Shown one piece after another: positions 43,073 through 58,523 of a stretch of DNA of 64,000 nt. Source of the stretch: Chrysomallon squamiferum (taxonomy: Eukaryota > Animalia > Mollusca); the NCBI GenBank assembly GCA_012295275.1, contig CM022670.1, forward strand, positions 1,116,001-1,180,000, in the 5' to 3' direction. The position numbers were made by a program, and so were the translations under genes. Every line of letters begins with the position of its first letter. Within the stretch, counting starts at the first letter, position 1. The notes beneath the pieces are model-generated. The model saw only the letters and a program-made list of their open reading frames with translations, was not told the DNA's origin and ran no database searches.

Positions 43073-44882
43073 GCGATGATTATGATGATAAATAAAGCGA
43101 CAAATGCAAACCCATAAAACGCATAATACTGCTAGTGTATCAGGGATGAATCTATGAGTTTGGAAAAAGGATTTTTATATATATTTACAGGAGTAATAAA
43201 TAAAACTGGATATATTATGTTGCACTGCACATCCTACTAGGAAGTGTTGCGTCGGGGTGGGGGGAAGTCATCTTTCGAAAAACAAGAGCCGAGCGACCCT
43301 GAACCAATCTCTGACGGAAATGTGCTAAATATTAACCAAACAGTTTTACAAAAATTCGCCAACATCGTTATGAACGTGCTAACAGACCAACACTACAAAT
43401 GTAAAAGTGTGGCGTGAAACCTTGTTGACTTACGATCAAATTTCTAAGAACAAACCACTTGATGATGAAGCAAAGTAGCTTCCTTTGACGAAAACCGCTC
43501 AACGAGTTAAGCAATTTCCTTCTGACAATACATCCCTTGATTACGAACATCGGCTACGACACCGGCTAATTGCAAAAGCCCTGTCGTTGCTGGCGGTATT
43601 AATTGCAAATTTATATAAACGAAATTTGCAAGATTCTTTAATGGAGGTTGTTACGATAACGGAAAGCGACGAAGTTTAATAATGTGTTTCCGTAGTCTGT
43701 CGGATTTGACGTATTTCTATCCATTTTACAAGAAGCACCTTGGCAAGAGAAAGGTGGCAGATGCTTGGAAGAAAAATAATTGGCAATTATAAAAGGAAAG
43801 TAGATCTTTTTGGAATCAGTTTTATTTCGGAAAAGTAATGACGGAAAGGGGAAAAAGTTATAAATGGAAAGGCTAATATATTAGGTATAAAAATATATTA
43901 CAGTTTATTAGTCTGTATTTAAAAATATACTCGATAAGTAAGTAACATATTCAGGTATTATCGATTTTTCCACACTTACATTTATGTTGGTTCATCCCGT
44001 TCCCTCCTACATTGATCTCAATACCAGTGAAAGAGGTCGAAAAACAGAGACCTTGCAGTACTTATATATATATAGTTTGTTTTAAGGAAGTGAAACTGTG
44101 ATGCTTCATATATTTAACGCTGAAAACAGATTCTATCTTTTTTCAAATAGAAAATATACAAAAATATGTGTGTATACACCTACAACATACATTTCTTTCT
44201 TTTTTCTTTATTTTTTCTCATCTAAAACTGATGCAAAAATAGAAGAAACATATTGAAAAGAGGTAACAAGAAAAACATCAGAGATCATGGTGTCTGTATT
44301 TGCGGAAGTATTTGAAAAACCATATGCTGGTAATAACGATAACAATGGAAATATATTGGTAAAATACGTCATTGCAAATTACTCGGAACGATTTTTGACG
44401 GAAAAAGCCGATGTATGTTGATATTTCTTAGCTGTCTAAATCAAGTAGCCTCAGTTTAGTTATCAGTAGTTATAGCTGGAAGTAAAAATAATTTATTATG
44501 AAAAATGAAAGCTACAAATACAGATTTATTACATCTGCAGACATTGTTACACAATATTTTCTTACACAGATTCCTCATTTAACTTCGTTGGTTTTTGATT
44601 GTGACGTGTTTCTGCTTCTTGCAGCAGTAACTTCTTTATGGAGACGTTGATTTTGTCTTTTAAGCTACTGAAGCAAACTTACCAGTTTTGTTTTTCTTTT
44701 CTTCTTCTTCTTCGTCTTCTTATTGTCCTTTTTTTCTTTCTGAAAGTTCTTCATTTTCGTCAGGTAAAGACAGTTTATAGTGTGTTTTATTGTTTTACCC
44801 TCTTTAACACTTACTGGCTTTGGTTTGACTGTATTTCATATATGAAGAATTTGAAAATTGTTTTCTTATTTCAAACATCTCA

Positions 44883-44983
<101 letters not shown>

Positions 44984-47215
44984 AAAAACAGTCAGACAGA
45001 CCATAAAGAAGATAGAGATATTTTTATTATAGAAAACAAATGTGGTGAATTGATTACTGCTGTGACGTAATGCTGACACTATTTGTTCTCCAGGCACTTT
45101 GAAGTCGAGTGTGCTGTGTTTAAACAGTCCACTATCAGACGTGGTTCCGTTTTCCTTAGTGAGGAAATGAAGTGACAAAACAGAAAGAGATGACAGCTAC
45201 TAATCCATTGTTTTTTCTAATTAAGTATTCGTTATGAACTTACGAAGTCTGTAGATAAATATATCCCTGCGTCATTGTTTTATTCCTGTCCTCTTGGTCA
45301 CGTATTTTCTGGAAATAACATAAGCACTACAAACAACCTTTTTCGAGTCTAATTCTTGACGTCATCGGCAATATAACAAGAGACTGGCGCTGGGTTAAGA
45401 ACGGGAAATCAAAGAATGATGCAGGATTTTACTTTTAGCTAGGTTAGTCTTGCCGTATGTCATAAACACGTCAACGGCACAGTCATCTTCACTAACCGAT
45501 CGTTGCTGACGTCGTTGTACGTCACAGTAGCTCTTTGAGGAAGTTTACTTCTATCACGTCCATGTCTGTTTTGTGGGGGCGTGATATTTCACTTGTGTAG
45601 ATAGCCATCCACATTTATTTTACTTCCTACTATGTATATTATTTTGGGCCGTACTTCCTGTGAAGCGCTTTATGTTATTAAATAAATACTTAAATATATT
45701 TTAAAACACTAATCTCACCCACCTTTCATTACATTAATGTATTTTAAAATTAAGGTGCACAGTTTTCATCACAGTTTTCTTCAGTTTGTATTAAAGATGT
45801 CAATCACATGCGGCAGTCCTCTTACGGGTGTTTGATCAACCAATTTCAAAAAGTTCAGGTTTATTTTATTTTCAGATACTATCAGAATATTTTAATTAAT
45901 TATTTGTCATGTGTCACTGGATAGAACATGTTTTATAACTTCTAAATAATAGTTGTTCAGAAAACCCATAGGTTTCTTTGAAAAAGAAGGATTCTTATAC
46001 TTAATTTGCCATCGTCAAGGTAAATTTGCATTGTCTTTCACATAATCAGGCTGGTGATGGATGGTAGACTAGTCGTGCATCAAGTTGAGTCTATCCTGTA
46101 ATTACTCAGTCTAACACACTCAGCTGCACTGTAGTGTGATAGCAGCTATCGTATTTAAACCTTGAAATTCTAAAATGATACTTTATCATGTAACTGGAGA
46201 AAGAGCGCTATTTTAGAACTAACTGTTCAAAAGTTACGACAGTGTTCCGGCCTCATCGTTCATCTTCGCGAGACCTATCACGCTATTTGAACATTTTCAT
46301 CTTCTTTTCTCGAGGTTTAAAATTTTAAATGTAATAGAATTTTCTGTGTAACAGACCATACAGTTTAATCACTGTAACAATCTCGATTGTGTGTGACCTC
46401 ACTGTTTTACTATTATCTCTACGACATCACCAACATTTTCATCATCAAATCATAAGCACCTTATCATCATTATTATCATCATAATCTTTATTATCGTCAT
46501 CATCATAAACAATATTACCATCGTCATCATCATTATCATCTTCTCCATCAAGAGCTGTAGGAATATATCATCATGTGTCATCAATCAACAGTGAGAGATA
46601 TTTTATATTCACTTTTAAAAATTGGATTGGGAAATAGCTATTAGAAGGTATCTATAAGGATTGATCCTATGACTCATCAGATCACATCCTACTGCAGTAC
46701 AGTTTTATTAAGGTCTGCTCTATTGTCTGTCATCCCGAATGATATGAATTTTTGTTTTGTTTAAAGAACTGACAGCTACTAAATAAATAACTCACGTTAG
46801 GAGATGGTTGTCGAGTGTGTATTGCTGATTGCTGTTTGTACTGCTGATTGTTGTTTGACACATTATATAAACCTGCACATTCAAACAAGCTGTATTCACA
46901 TAACGAACATTTCTTAGTGTAAATAACATTGAAAAGTATCTGTTGTAATAAATAACATTAAAATATAAAAGTATCAATATTTGTTTTAATTCATTGTGGA
47001 GAAGCAGTCCATGTTAGTGATATCATATGACAGTGCTATGACAAATGTGTAAAGATTCATCTACAGTGTCGTTTTCTTTTCTTCATTTCGAACTGTTTGT
47101 CAAAATCCAAGATTTCATTAGGCTTATTATTAAAAAAATATTTTTTTTTTTAAATTTTGATTTATGGTAAGAATTTATTTAAAGATTGTTGGAATGTTTT
47201 GCCGTTAGAATTGTG

Positions 47216-47251
<36 letters not shown>

Positions 47252-47921
47252 AGAGATCAGCCTTTCTTAAAAATAAAGTATTATTTATTTATTTATTTAT
47301 TTATTTGTTTGTTTAGTTAGTTAGTTAGTTAGTGACTTACTTTTTATTACTTGAAATTAGCCTTTCTCAAAAAAAAAAAGTATTATTTATTTATTTAGTT
47401 CGTTCGTTAGTAAGTTAACCTTGTAAAACGTGACAACATATGTTCCTAAAAAAGAAATGAAAAAAGTGACAGTTGTAATTTGCAGTGGAATATATTAGCT
47501 TAACGTCAAACTTTGTTATTAGCATAAATAATATTTAGAGTTTCTTGCCGAATTTTTATTAAGGAAACTTCAAAGTCTATCGTATTTAGTCAAATCAACT
47601 GAAGGATTCTGTGAAGTTCTTTTAAAGTAATTAAATAAAAAGTGCCTATGAAAAATTCTTTATGACAAATGTGCTGAACTAAAAAACATTACATTGGTAA
47701 TTTTGTTCTTCCGTTCATTCGCTTATTTGCTGGTGGGTTCATTTCAGTTTTTAAATTACTGGATAAAAAAATAATTTTAGTACATAAATTATAAAAAAAA
47801 TAAAACAAAATAGGTCTGTAAATATTATTAAGCAGAGAGAGAGAAAGAAAGAAGAATGAAACAGAAAAGCAGAGACAGATTAAACAGAGACAAAGAGGTA
47901 AAGAGATAGGCAGAGAGAAAG

Positions 47922-47969
<48 letters not shown>

Positions 47970-47977
47970 TACAAAGC

Positions 47978-48197
47978 TTCTGTTCACAATAAAATGTAGA
48001 CGCTCCATGGAGTATCGATCTCGCGATCTGTCATAAAGACGAATACTGTGTCACTACAGTATCAAATATCACTTCATACGTTAAAGTGTTTTTCACCAAT
48101 ACAAATCTGCCTGGCTCAATACGTACTTACAAAGCTCAAGAACCGTAATAAACAATTGACACCATTTATTTGCTTATTAAAATCAACTTTTAGACAC
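47978..48197 (-). repeat. Right arm of the long-range inverted repeat
   Basis: Reverse complement of 38706-38890, with a few extra bases. Confidence 0.9.
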
Positions 48198-48235
48198 TGT
48201 ATTGAGAAAGACCACAAACACAAAGAAACAGAATT

Positions 48236-48266
<31 letters not shown>

Positions 48267-48267
48267 T

Positions 48268-48298
<31 letters not shown>

Positions 48299-48356
48299 CT
48301 GAGAGATAGGGAGAAACAGAGATAGATTTAATATACACAGAGACAGTGACAGCAAC

Positions 48357-48453
<97 letters not shown>

Positions 48454-49724
48454 TGTGTAAGTACATGTAAACTAACCAAAACAAAACAAAATACGAATGT
48501 GAACACTTATTGTACGACTACTGGTGTTATCGCCACAGAATTCCGCAGTGTCTTGGTTAAGTTAATAGTCGCTCAGCTGATTGCAGCTTCGTAATTTGAA
48601 GAATTAGGGACTGCAGCCTCAAGAGCTCTCTGTGTTTATTAGGTCAGGCTCGTCTGCTCGAAACACGAGTATAGATATTTATAGTTAACAATTAAATTTC
48701 GCAAATCCATCCACTTTGGATAACTATTCTGTCAAGGGAGATAACTGTAATAAAGCGAGATAAGAAGACGTTAGCTACAATGTCACCGAGTTCCCTGGTC
48801 GAAGAGGTGGCAGGTCAGACCAATTTTGGGAAATTTTAATTGCAGTCTGGGTGTAAAAACAGGGCGTCAGAATAAAGGGGAGGCCGGAACCACGCATGCG
48901 CAATGCACGTCTCATGCTGGCTCAAATTATACACCTGTCTTAAAAGACGATCGTGACACAAAACAGCTGCACAGACTTTGCACGGCGGACTGAGCCAGTT
49001 AGTTCACGTTCTGTTGCAATGTACTGAAGGTCACTGAGGGTGGCCTCCATCATTTTCAGAAAAGATGACGTCATTGTGATGGATGTAACTTTGAAGACGA
49101 AAAGGGATAAAAAAAAAAAAAAAAAAAATAAAAAAAAAAAAAATAAATAAATAAATTAAAAAGCAATTTTAGAAATAATACGTTTAATAACAATATGCTT
49201 TTTTTAAATACGATTGGAGTAAAATAGCATTTGTTGCTGTTAATAATTAAGAAAGAAAAAAACAACAAACTAAAATATATAAAATATATATTAAAAAACA
49301 CAGTAAATAAATACAAAAAAAAAACAACAACACAAAAACAATAAAATGATAAAAATAAACCACTAAAATTAGAGAAAAAAAAAAACAACCACAAAAATAC
49401 AACAACAAAAAAAAAAAAAACAAAATAAAGAAAAACAACAACAAAAAGAACCAAACTACAATGACTTTCTAATTGTTTGTTTAATCCACTTCTGTTTATT
49501 TTAATGTTAATCCTTCACGACAATCAGAAACATTTTGTATTGTAATAAACAGCTCAGAATATTCACTTTGAATACTTAACTCAAATCTTCCAGTGGTACA
49601 CGAAGAAGTATCGATCCCCCAACCTCTGTCCTCTAACCAGCGTGCGCCTTGTAACAACATTTCTACTTTTATCAATAACTTCAAATCAAGCTAATACCTG
49701 CCTAAACTACCAAACTTAAACAAC

Positions 49725-49763
<39 letters not shown>

Positions 49764-50285
49764 TTATCGTCAGAGACTAATAAATTCCGCTCAAAGCAAT
49801 TTTCCATTAAAATGATTCAGCAGTGAATTTGAAACGTCCAATAAGTAGTCTCTGTTCAGAACTGATGTTTGTTAAATGAGACAGTTTTCTAAACGTCTGG
49901 ACTTTATTCTGTAGCCCTGCAGTCAGATTAAACTGTTTGGAAAATAAAATCATGTAATCTGTTTTCAGTGTCTGCGAATTACAATATAAGCATAAAAAAC
50001 ATTGTTCTCGAGGAGTTTTTCAGTTTACTTTATCTTAGAGTTTTGAGAAAAAAAGATGATTTGTGGTTAGATGGAGAAAAGTTTTGTACTACTGCATAAA
50101 AATGTTCATTATTTACGTTCTATGCCATCTATTCTATGCGATATTCAGCATAATTTTTTTTAAAGAAAAGTTTTTATATTATCAATCATAATTTTCTTGT
50201 AGAAATCTTTTCTTCTTTATCAATAAAAGTGGTATTCAATATATATTATTTAATATTTTGATGGATACATGTAATATATGTTCTG

Positions 50286-50420
<135 letters not shown>

Positions 50421-50826
50421 CTTGTGCACTTAATTGTCTATTAGCATTTTATATGAAAAATCAATTATCAATCTCTTTGGAAATTTAAGGATTTTCTGAA
50501 GTATTTAATATTATGACATCAATTATGTACTCGTTTAAACAATCAGAAAGTGGGGGAAAACGTGCTTAAGGGGAATAACTCCTTAGAATGAAAATCTCTA
50601 CAGATTTATGTACCTTTATTTCAAATTCATTTACTTAATACTGATTGTTCTTGCTATATCGGTACAATTATAATGTGGTTTTATTAACATCCATTTATAT
50701 CATACAAGAAGGGTCGTCTTCTTCTACGAATTAGTATTTTCAAAAGGAAAGAATGAATAAAAAATATATATATATAAAATAATAATAACAACAACAACAA
50801 CAACAGTAATAATAATGATGATGATG

Positions 50827-50907
<81 letters not shown>

Positions 50908-51487
50908 TAAAATAAATAAATAAATAAATAAATAAAAGAGAAACAGCTCTGAGTTCAGTACTTTTATAATGTATAAACACGATTCATTTCTTAAACAAAA
51001 CACTTACAGTGTTGTCTGTCAGGGATGACTGTCAGAAAGAACACAAAGTAGACGAAATCGGCTTCCAAGTCTTTTCAGATTAGTGCCTTTGTGCGTCCTC
51101 TTATTCGTGGGAGATAACCTATTATCAACTTTAGATGTAAGAAGTAGTTATGTCCCTTGACGTTTGATTTATTTTTCGCTGCCTCCATTTGTCTTCGTTC
51201 TTCTTAGTGTCTGTTTCTTTCGTTTTCTTTCTGTTGGTTTGTCAGTTATTTCTCGTTATGTATGAATAGTAAACTGACCCATTACACTGGAAATCAATAG
51301 TTTACTGGCGAGATTTGAAACTCACTGAATAATTGATCGATTGCTAACTGACTAGTCAAAATGTTTCTTTGGGAGGTTGTAGCCGATGTCAAAGAACTCG
51401 CTTGTAGAAATCCTCTTTTGACAACACTCGTTTGTATAAAGTGGAGTCGTTCCTTATTTTCTTACAGCTATTTACACACCAAATCTT

Positions 51488-51571
51488 CTAGAGTGACAGG
51501 AACAACTGGAATTGGGATCGCTTAGCATGATCGGTTCCATTTCATTATTTTTATTTTTATTATTTTTATTT

Positions 51572-51620
<49 letters not shown>

Positions 51621-51759
51621 TTGTTCATTTATTTAAATTTATTTATCAGCAGAATCACACTGAGATAGATGAGAGAGTTTGTGTACATCTATGCTTGTCT
51701 CTTTTTGTGAAATAAAACCGATAATGCTAAGCGATCCCAATACCAGCTGTTTTCTCTAG
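51488..51759. mobile_element. MITE-like foldback element with 44-bp inverted arms around a poly-T core
   Basis: 51501-51544 and 51708-51751 are reverse complements at 39/44 positions; outer CTAGAG...CTCTAG also pair. The MITE interpretation is inference. Confidence 0.5.
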
Positions 51760-51886
51760 GGTTGATGAACGGGTATGTATATCCATATAGACATATACGT
51801 ACTCACACAAATAATACATATTCGTGAATTGGTATATGAATTGATATGTATGCTGCTATGTGTATGTGTAAATTAATGAGTATGTG

Positions 51887-51920
<34 letters not shown>

Positions 51921-53120
51921 CATTAATAGCACTACAAGTGGTGCCACTACTAATAGTACTACTGTTGTTAGTATTATTACTATAGCAGCTTTACTACTAC
52001 TACTACTACAATTACTACTGCTTCTACTACTACTACTACTATTACTACCATTGCAGCTACTATAACTACTACTACTGCTTTTGTGTTATAGTTACAAATA
52101 TTGATGGAGTATTATTAAATTGCAGTTTCAAACATTTTGTATTTAACTTCCTTTCTTGACGTCAGACTTTCAAAGCTACTTAAAACATTTCCATTGTTTT
52201 ATTTTTTTATTATTTAAAATTAACTAATGCTATACTGGGGATCTACTGCTACTACAACTAAGGTTATTGTTATAATATTTATTTTTTTTAAACGAAAAAA
52301 AAATTACTATTTGTTTGGAAGGTAGTTTTTAGTAATAATATATGATTCTAGCTATTACTAAGCTTCTCACTAGCTCACAGAAATATTGCAGAGCCTGCCC
52401 GGAGCATTCGTGTAGCAGAGTGGTTATGTCGACCTTTTCCAACACCTATGACACGACGTCGTCAACGTAGTTACGACCAAAGGCGTTGCCACCTCATTAA
52501 AGTCTAATTAGCACAACGGTGTCGCAGTTTTGTAGTTTAATTGGACGCCATTTCTTTGGTTTCTATGACAACACTTTGTAGTTTATGGTATCTTCAAAAC
52601 CAGTCGCTCTGAGGGCAAGATGGCGACCTTTCAATATGGCCTCCAGCCTGCTTCTCCATTTGTGCCATGAAGTGACCTTAATACGTCCGAACGTCAGGGG
52701 AAAATGTCAAAGGAAGTTTTGTTCGAATCTCTGTTATCATCAGCAGGGTCTTATCCACACGTTAATGGGTTAATATGTTCTTCTGTCAGCGCCATCTACA
52801 CAGGTTCGGTTCACAAACCGGAAAACGTCTGACACACTCATTCATTTCGATCATTTCTCTTGCGACCAGCTCAAGTGAAAACAGCACCAGAAACCCTGGA
52901 TGTAGAACCTGTTTTTCAAATTGTTTATTTATTTGTATATTTATTTGTTCGTTTGTTTGTTTGTTTGTTTGTTTGTTTTATTTTAATTTTTATTTTTTGC
53001 TCGTTTGTTTTGATTATTTATTAATGTATATAAAAAAGTGTGTCATCTACGTAACTGTATATATCTGTATATCTTGATGTCTGTCTGTCTATCAATATCT
53101 ATCTATATCTATATCTAATA

Positions 53121-53215
53121 TTTCTATCTATCTCTTTATATATTTAAACATATATATGTGTGTGTGTGTGTGTGTGTGTCTATATAATGGATGTATGTAT
53201 GTATTTATGTATGTA
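53121..53215 (+). repeat. ~90-bp compound low-complexity direct repeat (second copy 58533-58623)
   Basis: tttctatctatctctttatatat..aaacatatatat(gt)n ctatata.tggatgtatgt occurs at both sites in the same order. Confidence 0.7.
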
Positions 53216-53396
53216 CGAATATATATTGGAATGAATATTATGTCTTATTATGTCTGATTTGACGTAATTCGGGAACACACTGGCACAGGAGGATAAAGTC
53301 AGTCACGACCTCACAAAAGTCAGATGTGTCTGCGTCTGTTTGTATGTACGTATCTCCGTGAATGAGTGTGTACATATGCTGCAGTTAATCTTTTGA

Positions 53397-53478
53397 TCAG
53401 GTAATATACATATTACCTGAGCGAAACAGGTAATATATGTATTAGCTGAAAAAATCAGATAATATACATATTAGCTTA
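53397..53478. repeat. Three tandem palindromic units with 29-bp period
   Basis: TCAGGTAATAT-AC-ATATTACCTGA (perfect), acaggtaatatatgtattagctga, tcagataatatacatattagctta. Confidence 0.8.
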
Positions 53479-54858
53479 TTATACAGATTAACTGTAACTG
53501 TATATATGAGTATGTATATTTGTCTACTTGAATGCATTGCCCTACATAACAAACTATTGACACAAATAAATCTACAGATATACACACGTTATCATTTCTA
53601 GAATTTCACCTAAAATACAGAGTATTATCGTGTGTTTAATAAAATATATATTAATAAACACGTTTTTGTTTATCTAAATAATTATTTATTAGTTAACTAA
53701 TTTATATTTTACATCTAGCCGTCAGGGCTTTTAACACAAACAGTTTGTTAAATTAAAAACAGTATTTCATTTAAAAAAAACTAAAAATAATAAAAATAAA
53801 AATTGGTATTAATTTTATTTTTACTTGACCTTGTATCTCATTTATTCCGTGGAGACTATCGCCCCGGCAGTTTGCTAAACCTGCCTCGTTTAAGAGTTAA
53901 TGGTACACATTATAAATAAAGTCTGCTCAAATGCCCGTCGGAATCGTTCAAATCAAAAACCGGAAGTCTTTATTTTCCAGGCGCACAACAGCTCTCGAAT
54001 TTAAAAGACCATTATTTTTTTCTTTACAGTTTTAATGTTTGCGTTTTTGATAACAACACTCGATCTGGTAAATCTTATTTTAAAAAAATAATAATAATAA
54101 AACCCAACAAAAAAAAAAATAATAATAATCAAAAAATGAATTAAAAAAATAAGAAGAAGAAGAACAACAACAAGAACAAGAAGCAGAAAAAACAACAACA
54201 ACAAAAAAATATAAACAGAAGCGAATCAATCAGAAGGAAAGAATACACGTGCGCACATGCGCGCTCACACACACGACCATGCACATACTCATACACCAAA
54301 ACCAACGCAACAAAAAAGCCCAGCAACAAACCTACACAAACAACCCCATCATAGAACAAAACAAAGAAAAACAAACACAAACGAACAACAAACTTAAATT
54401 ATATGGTAAGAACGACTTTTCAGCCGTGTTTATGGAGTAGAATGAATGAGTACTGTGAAAAACTGGCAACTTTTTAACGTTTATTTTATTTTACTTTAGC
54501 CTAAATCATGTACTAACTGCGACCACTCCTTTCCCCTGGACATCACTAACGCTATATTTACGTTCGACGTAAGGTACGTTCCAAGATGCATTGACAGCCG
54601 TAAGATCCGCCGTTTCACAAATATAAAAGTAATGAAAAAAAAAAAAAAAAGAAAAATCGATGCACAATAAACTTTGAAGGTGTAAAATATCTGAGCTGAA
54701 CAAATAAAGAAAAAAGACAAATTCAAATAAATCTGAGATGTTTTGATTTTTATATCAGTATCCGTTTTGTCATTAGAATATAGTATTATGCAACTTCAAA
54801 GACGTGTTTTTTTCTTTATTATAAAATATTTTGCTGTGACAAATTGCAAGCCAGTTAA

Positions 54859-54975
<117 letters not shown>

Positions 54976-56322
54976 ACAGACTTGACCAAAACACAAAGCA
55001 AAGAGATACCAATAGTATCGTAACGTTAAATTATATATTTTTCTACCACATACAGGTGTGTCGTTTGTATTACTGATATGTCATAAATTTTACATTTATT
55101 TATTTTTTAAAGTTTGACAGTTAATTTTGGCCCTCGTTGTATCAGAGAGCAAAACATGCCTCTAAATGAGCTGTGGCTCGTGCCTCTGTTAGTGTGTAAA
55201 GAATTAAGATGGAAGAGTTTGGATATTTCATTTTCTCTGGTTACCCTGGCTGGCAGCCGAGCACACTAATTACTTTTTCGTTCATTTAACAAAACACCAG
55301 CGTCACTGGCAGAACCAGCGGCTTGGCTCGTGCGTGGATACACGGAGTCACTGGAAACTCAGTAAAATCAATTTTACGAGGATTTTCAACCCTGTAATCC
55401 TTTGCTAGTTTTTATTCATGGACGGTTACCTCAACTAATGGAAGAATCTTCCTCCGCTTTCAGTCGTCTCAAAACGCAGACCTACTCTCGATGATCCGTC
55501 GTTTCAGAAATACAGGTGCAATATCACAGACCATCTTTTACAATAAGTTCCGCTCAAGTTGGCAAAATAAAAAAAAATACCTTTCACAGCCGATGTCACT
55601 GTTTGTCTGTGTGTGTACCTAAAACAGTACTGTTTCATCGTGGAAATATCAAGCGGTTATTATGGCTGTTGATAATCATATATTGTCTTTTGTCTTTTGT
55701 TTTCAGTTAATTGTAAAGGTTGTCAGTGAATACACTTTGCTGAACATCGCACTGTATTTAAATTCAGTGAACTCTTTGATTTTTCTAGACGAATGATTAT
55801 TGCAATAATAATAATAATAAAAATAATAATAAAAGAAAAGGAAACCTTTAGAAAGACTAAACTTCAAACAGACAAATTATGCTTCTAAAATAACTGATAA
55901 CAGAGACCAACCTTTACAAATAATCAAGTTTAACAATATCGTAACACGAATAGCAAAAGATATGGTGGCTGAAGTATGTCCTTTTTTATATTATGTAATA
56001 CATATGGCCAGACAAAAATAAAGAAACAAATAATAAAGAAATAAAAAATAACATAAATAAAATATAAGAGATAAGGCAACATTGCTGTGATTTACGTTTT
56101 GATGATCTAGAAGATCTAGAAGCCAATAAATAAATGGTTTAAATAGAATTTCTTGACACTTCAGACATAAATAAAACAATAGAGTATATTAGAAGTCGAC
56201 CCCTTGATTAACAAGATTAAACCATTCACATACATATATATATATACACACACACACACATACATACATACATATATATAATTATGGACATTGTCATTTT
56301 CATCAAAGTTAATCTCTGGTTT

Positions 56323-56339
56323 TATTGTTGTTGTTGTTA

Positions 56340-56428
<89 letters not shown>

Positions 56429-56520
56429 ATCATCACATCATCATCATCACCACCAACATCTCCATCACTATAATCATCATCAGCTCTATTATTATTATCA
56501 TTATTATTATTATTTTATTT
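56323..56520. repeat. Compound (ATT)n/(GTT)n/(CAT)n trinucleotide tract
   Basis: Read directly. Confidence 0.9.
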
Positions 56521-58478
56521 ATTATATTTTTAAAATTTAGTTTCAAATATAACAGAAGCACTGTATTTACCTCTATTTAACATATTCTAAATAAATAAAA
56601 AAAATTAATAAAAAAAACAATTCTTAATAAGTTCTTTCATTTCATTCCATGAGTCGAGCTCGCGACAACTATCACAAATTCCACAAAACTTCCAATTACA
56701 CTATCGCCGAAATAGCCGCAGTTATAGCAGATTGCACTCGATTGAATCTTGTTTTCTTTTCATAGCTTTTAAAGCTTTTAATATCCAGACAGACATTTCA
56801 GACCAATACACAACTTTATGTGACAGTCTTTGCTTTCTGCCTAATGCGATATCGCCATTACTCAAAGTTCTTGTGATCTCGTCTATTAAATACAAGGGGA
56901 CAGCGACTGAGGTATGATCTCAAACTCGTGTCACAGTTTATCAAACTTCAGTCCTTTTTTTTTTCTTCTCCGTCGTTAGTCGATTGTTTATTAAGCATTC
57001 AAGTGGAAAATTATCTTTTCAGTTTTCGACGAAAATTACACTCGTCTTCGTTTGAGTCGTTTGATGTTAGAAATAGCTAAACTCGCGATACAAACCCTGC
57101 GGCTTACTCTCCGAAGATGGTCGTGTTTTGGGCAGCTTGTTCAGCAAAAAGTGAAAACGTGAGGTTTCATATGCGCTAATTATTTTATTCATAAGTGAGG
57201 AAATTGACTTAGATATATTTTTACACAATTAACGACAGATTAAGAACAAATAATACGAAAATCTCCTCTTCTTGAATCAGCATTTATCTCAATTCGTTTT
57301 AACAGCAGCTATTAATATATGGACAATATTTTATATAGCGAAAAAGAAACCAGCTATTATCTTTTTTATGATTTTATATAATTAATTTGAACAGCAAATA
57401 ATCTTTTATTTCAGTGTTTCCAAAGACAGGAAAGCTGCATAGCCTTTAATGTGTAATTAGTGAACACAGCTTAGAAAGAGAAATTACATAACCTGTTGAC
57501 TGGGCTATTTAGTGCAGATAAACGATTATCGATACAGAGATAACAATACGACTCTGTGCAGCGTAGCGGCACAAATAGGCAGCTGTTATTTTAATAATTC
57601 CTATTTAATCTGTATTTGTCCAACATGACCGGTGAATAAAATGTAATTAGTTATCGACAAATCTGCTTTCGATCATTCATTGACCAGCGCTTGGGAGCTC
57701 TTCAGACCCGAGCGAAATGAATTTACGCTCTGACCATTGTAGTTCTGACACGTGTTTTCAACGAACGAAGCAGCAGCACAGTCACAGGCTTGTCACACGA
57801 TTCTTTGAGCTTCAGACGTCGAGTGTTGAACCACGCTACTCTTGTATCACGTTCTTCCCATTCTGTGTCACTTAAACCGACTGGGCTTTTCTCTTACAAG
57901 GCTAATCAGGGAAGAAAAGTAATACTGATAAACACATCGATTGTCGATCGTGGTTTTTCGGTTGCCTTTCCTCAGAACACAGTTTGACTAACTGGCTAAC
58001 GCTTGGTAGTTAGAGTGCTTGCTTATAGCTTGACGGATCGAATCATCCTGCTGTTATTTCCTGTTCCAGGCTCGAAGAAAAGTAACTCTGATGAAAACAT
58101 CAGTGCTGTTAAAAGCTAATTCATTATCTGTAGAATACAAAGCCATTGTGGCAGAATGAAGTGTAGACTAGTAATTACTGTGTTTGTTTGAGACGTGCTA
58201 GGTTCTGGGAACGATACTGTTTAAGGTGCTCACAGAGATATTTCTCGCAGCGGGTAGAAGAAACTTAATCTGACCAGTTCATTATTATTTCTGGTCATTT
58301 AGTTCTTTGTTGACGTAATCCCAGTATTAAAACTGCTAGTATGAATCATATTTTAGGTTGTAGGATCAGTTCTCACAGTTATATTTTCCATTTCATTACT
58401 GCTTTATCACACTGCTTGTCTTTCCTGTAAAGTAGATTCCATATACAATACTCACGAAAACAAGGGTTATTTCTTTAT

Positions 58479-58523
<45 letters not shown>

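Noticed and set aside
49590-49660. tRNA-like or Pol III box-like sequence (also near 19400 and 57990)
   Set aside because: No cloverleaf can be built; at most decayed SINE heads.
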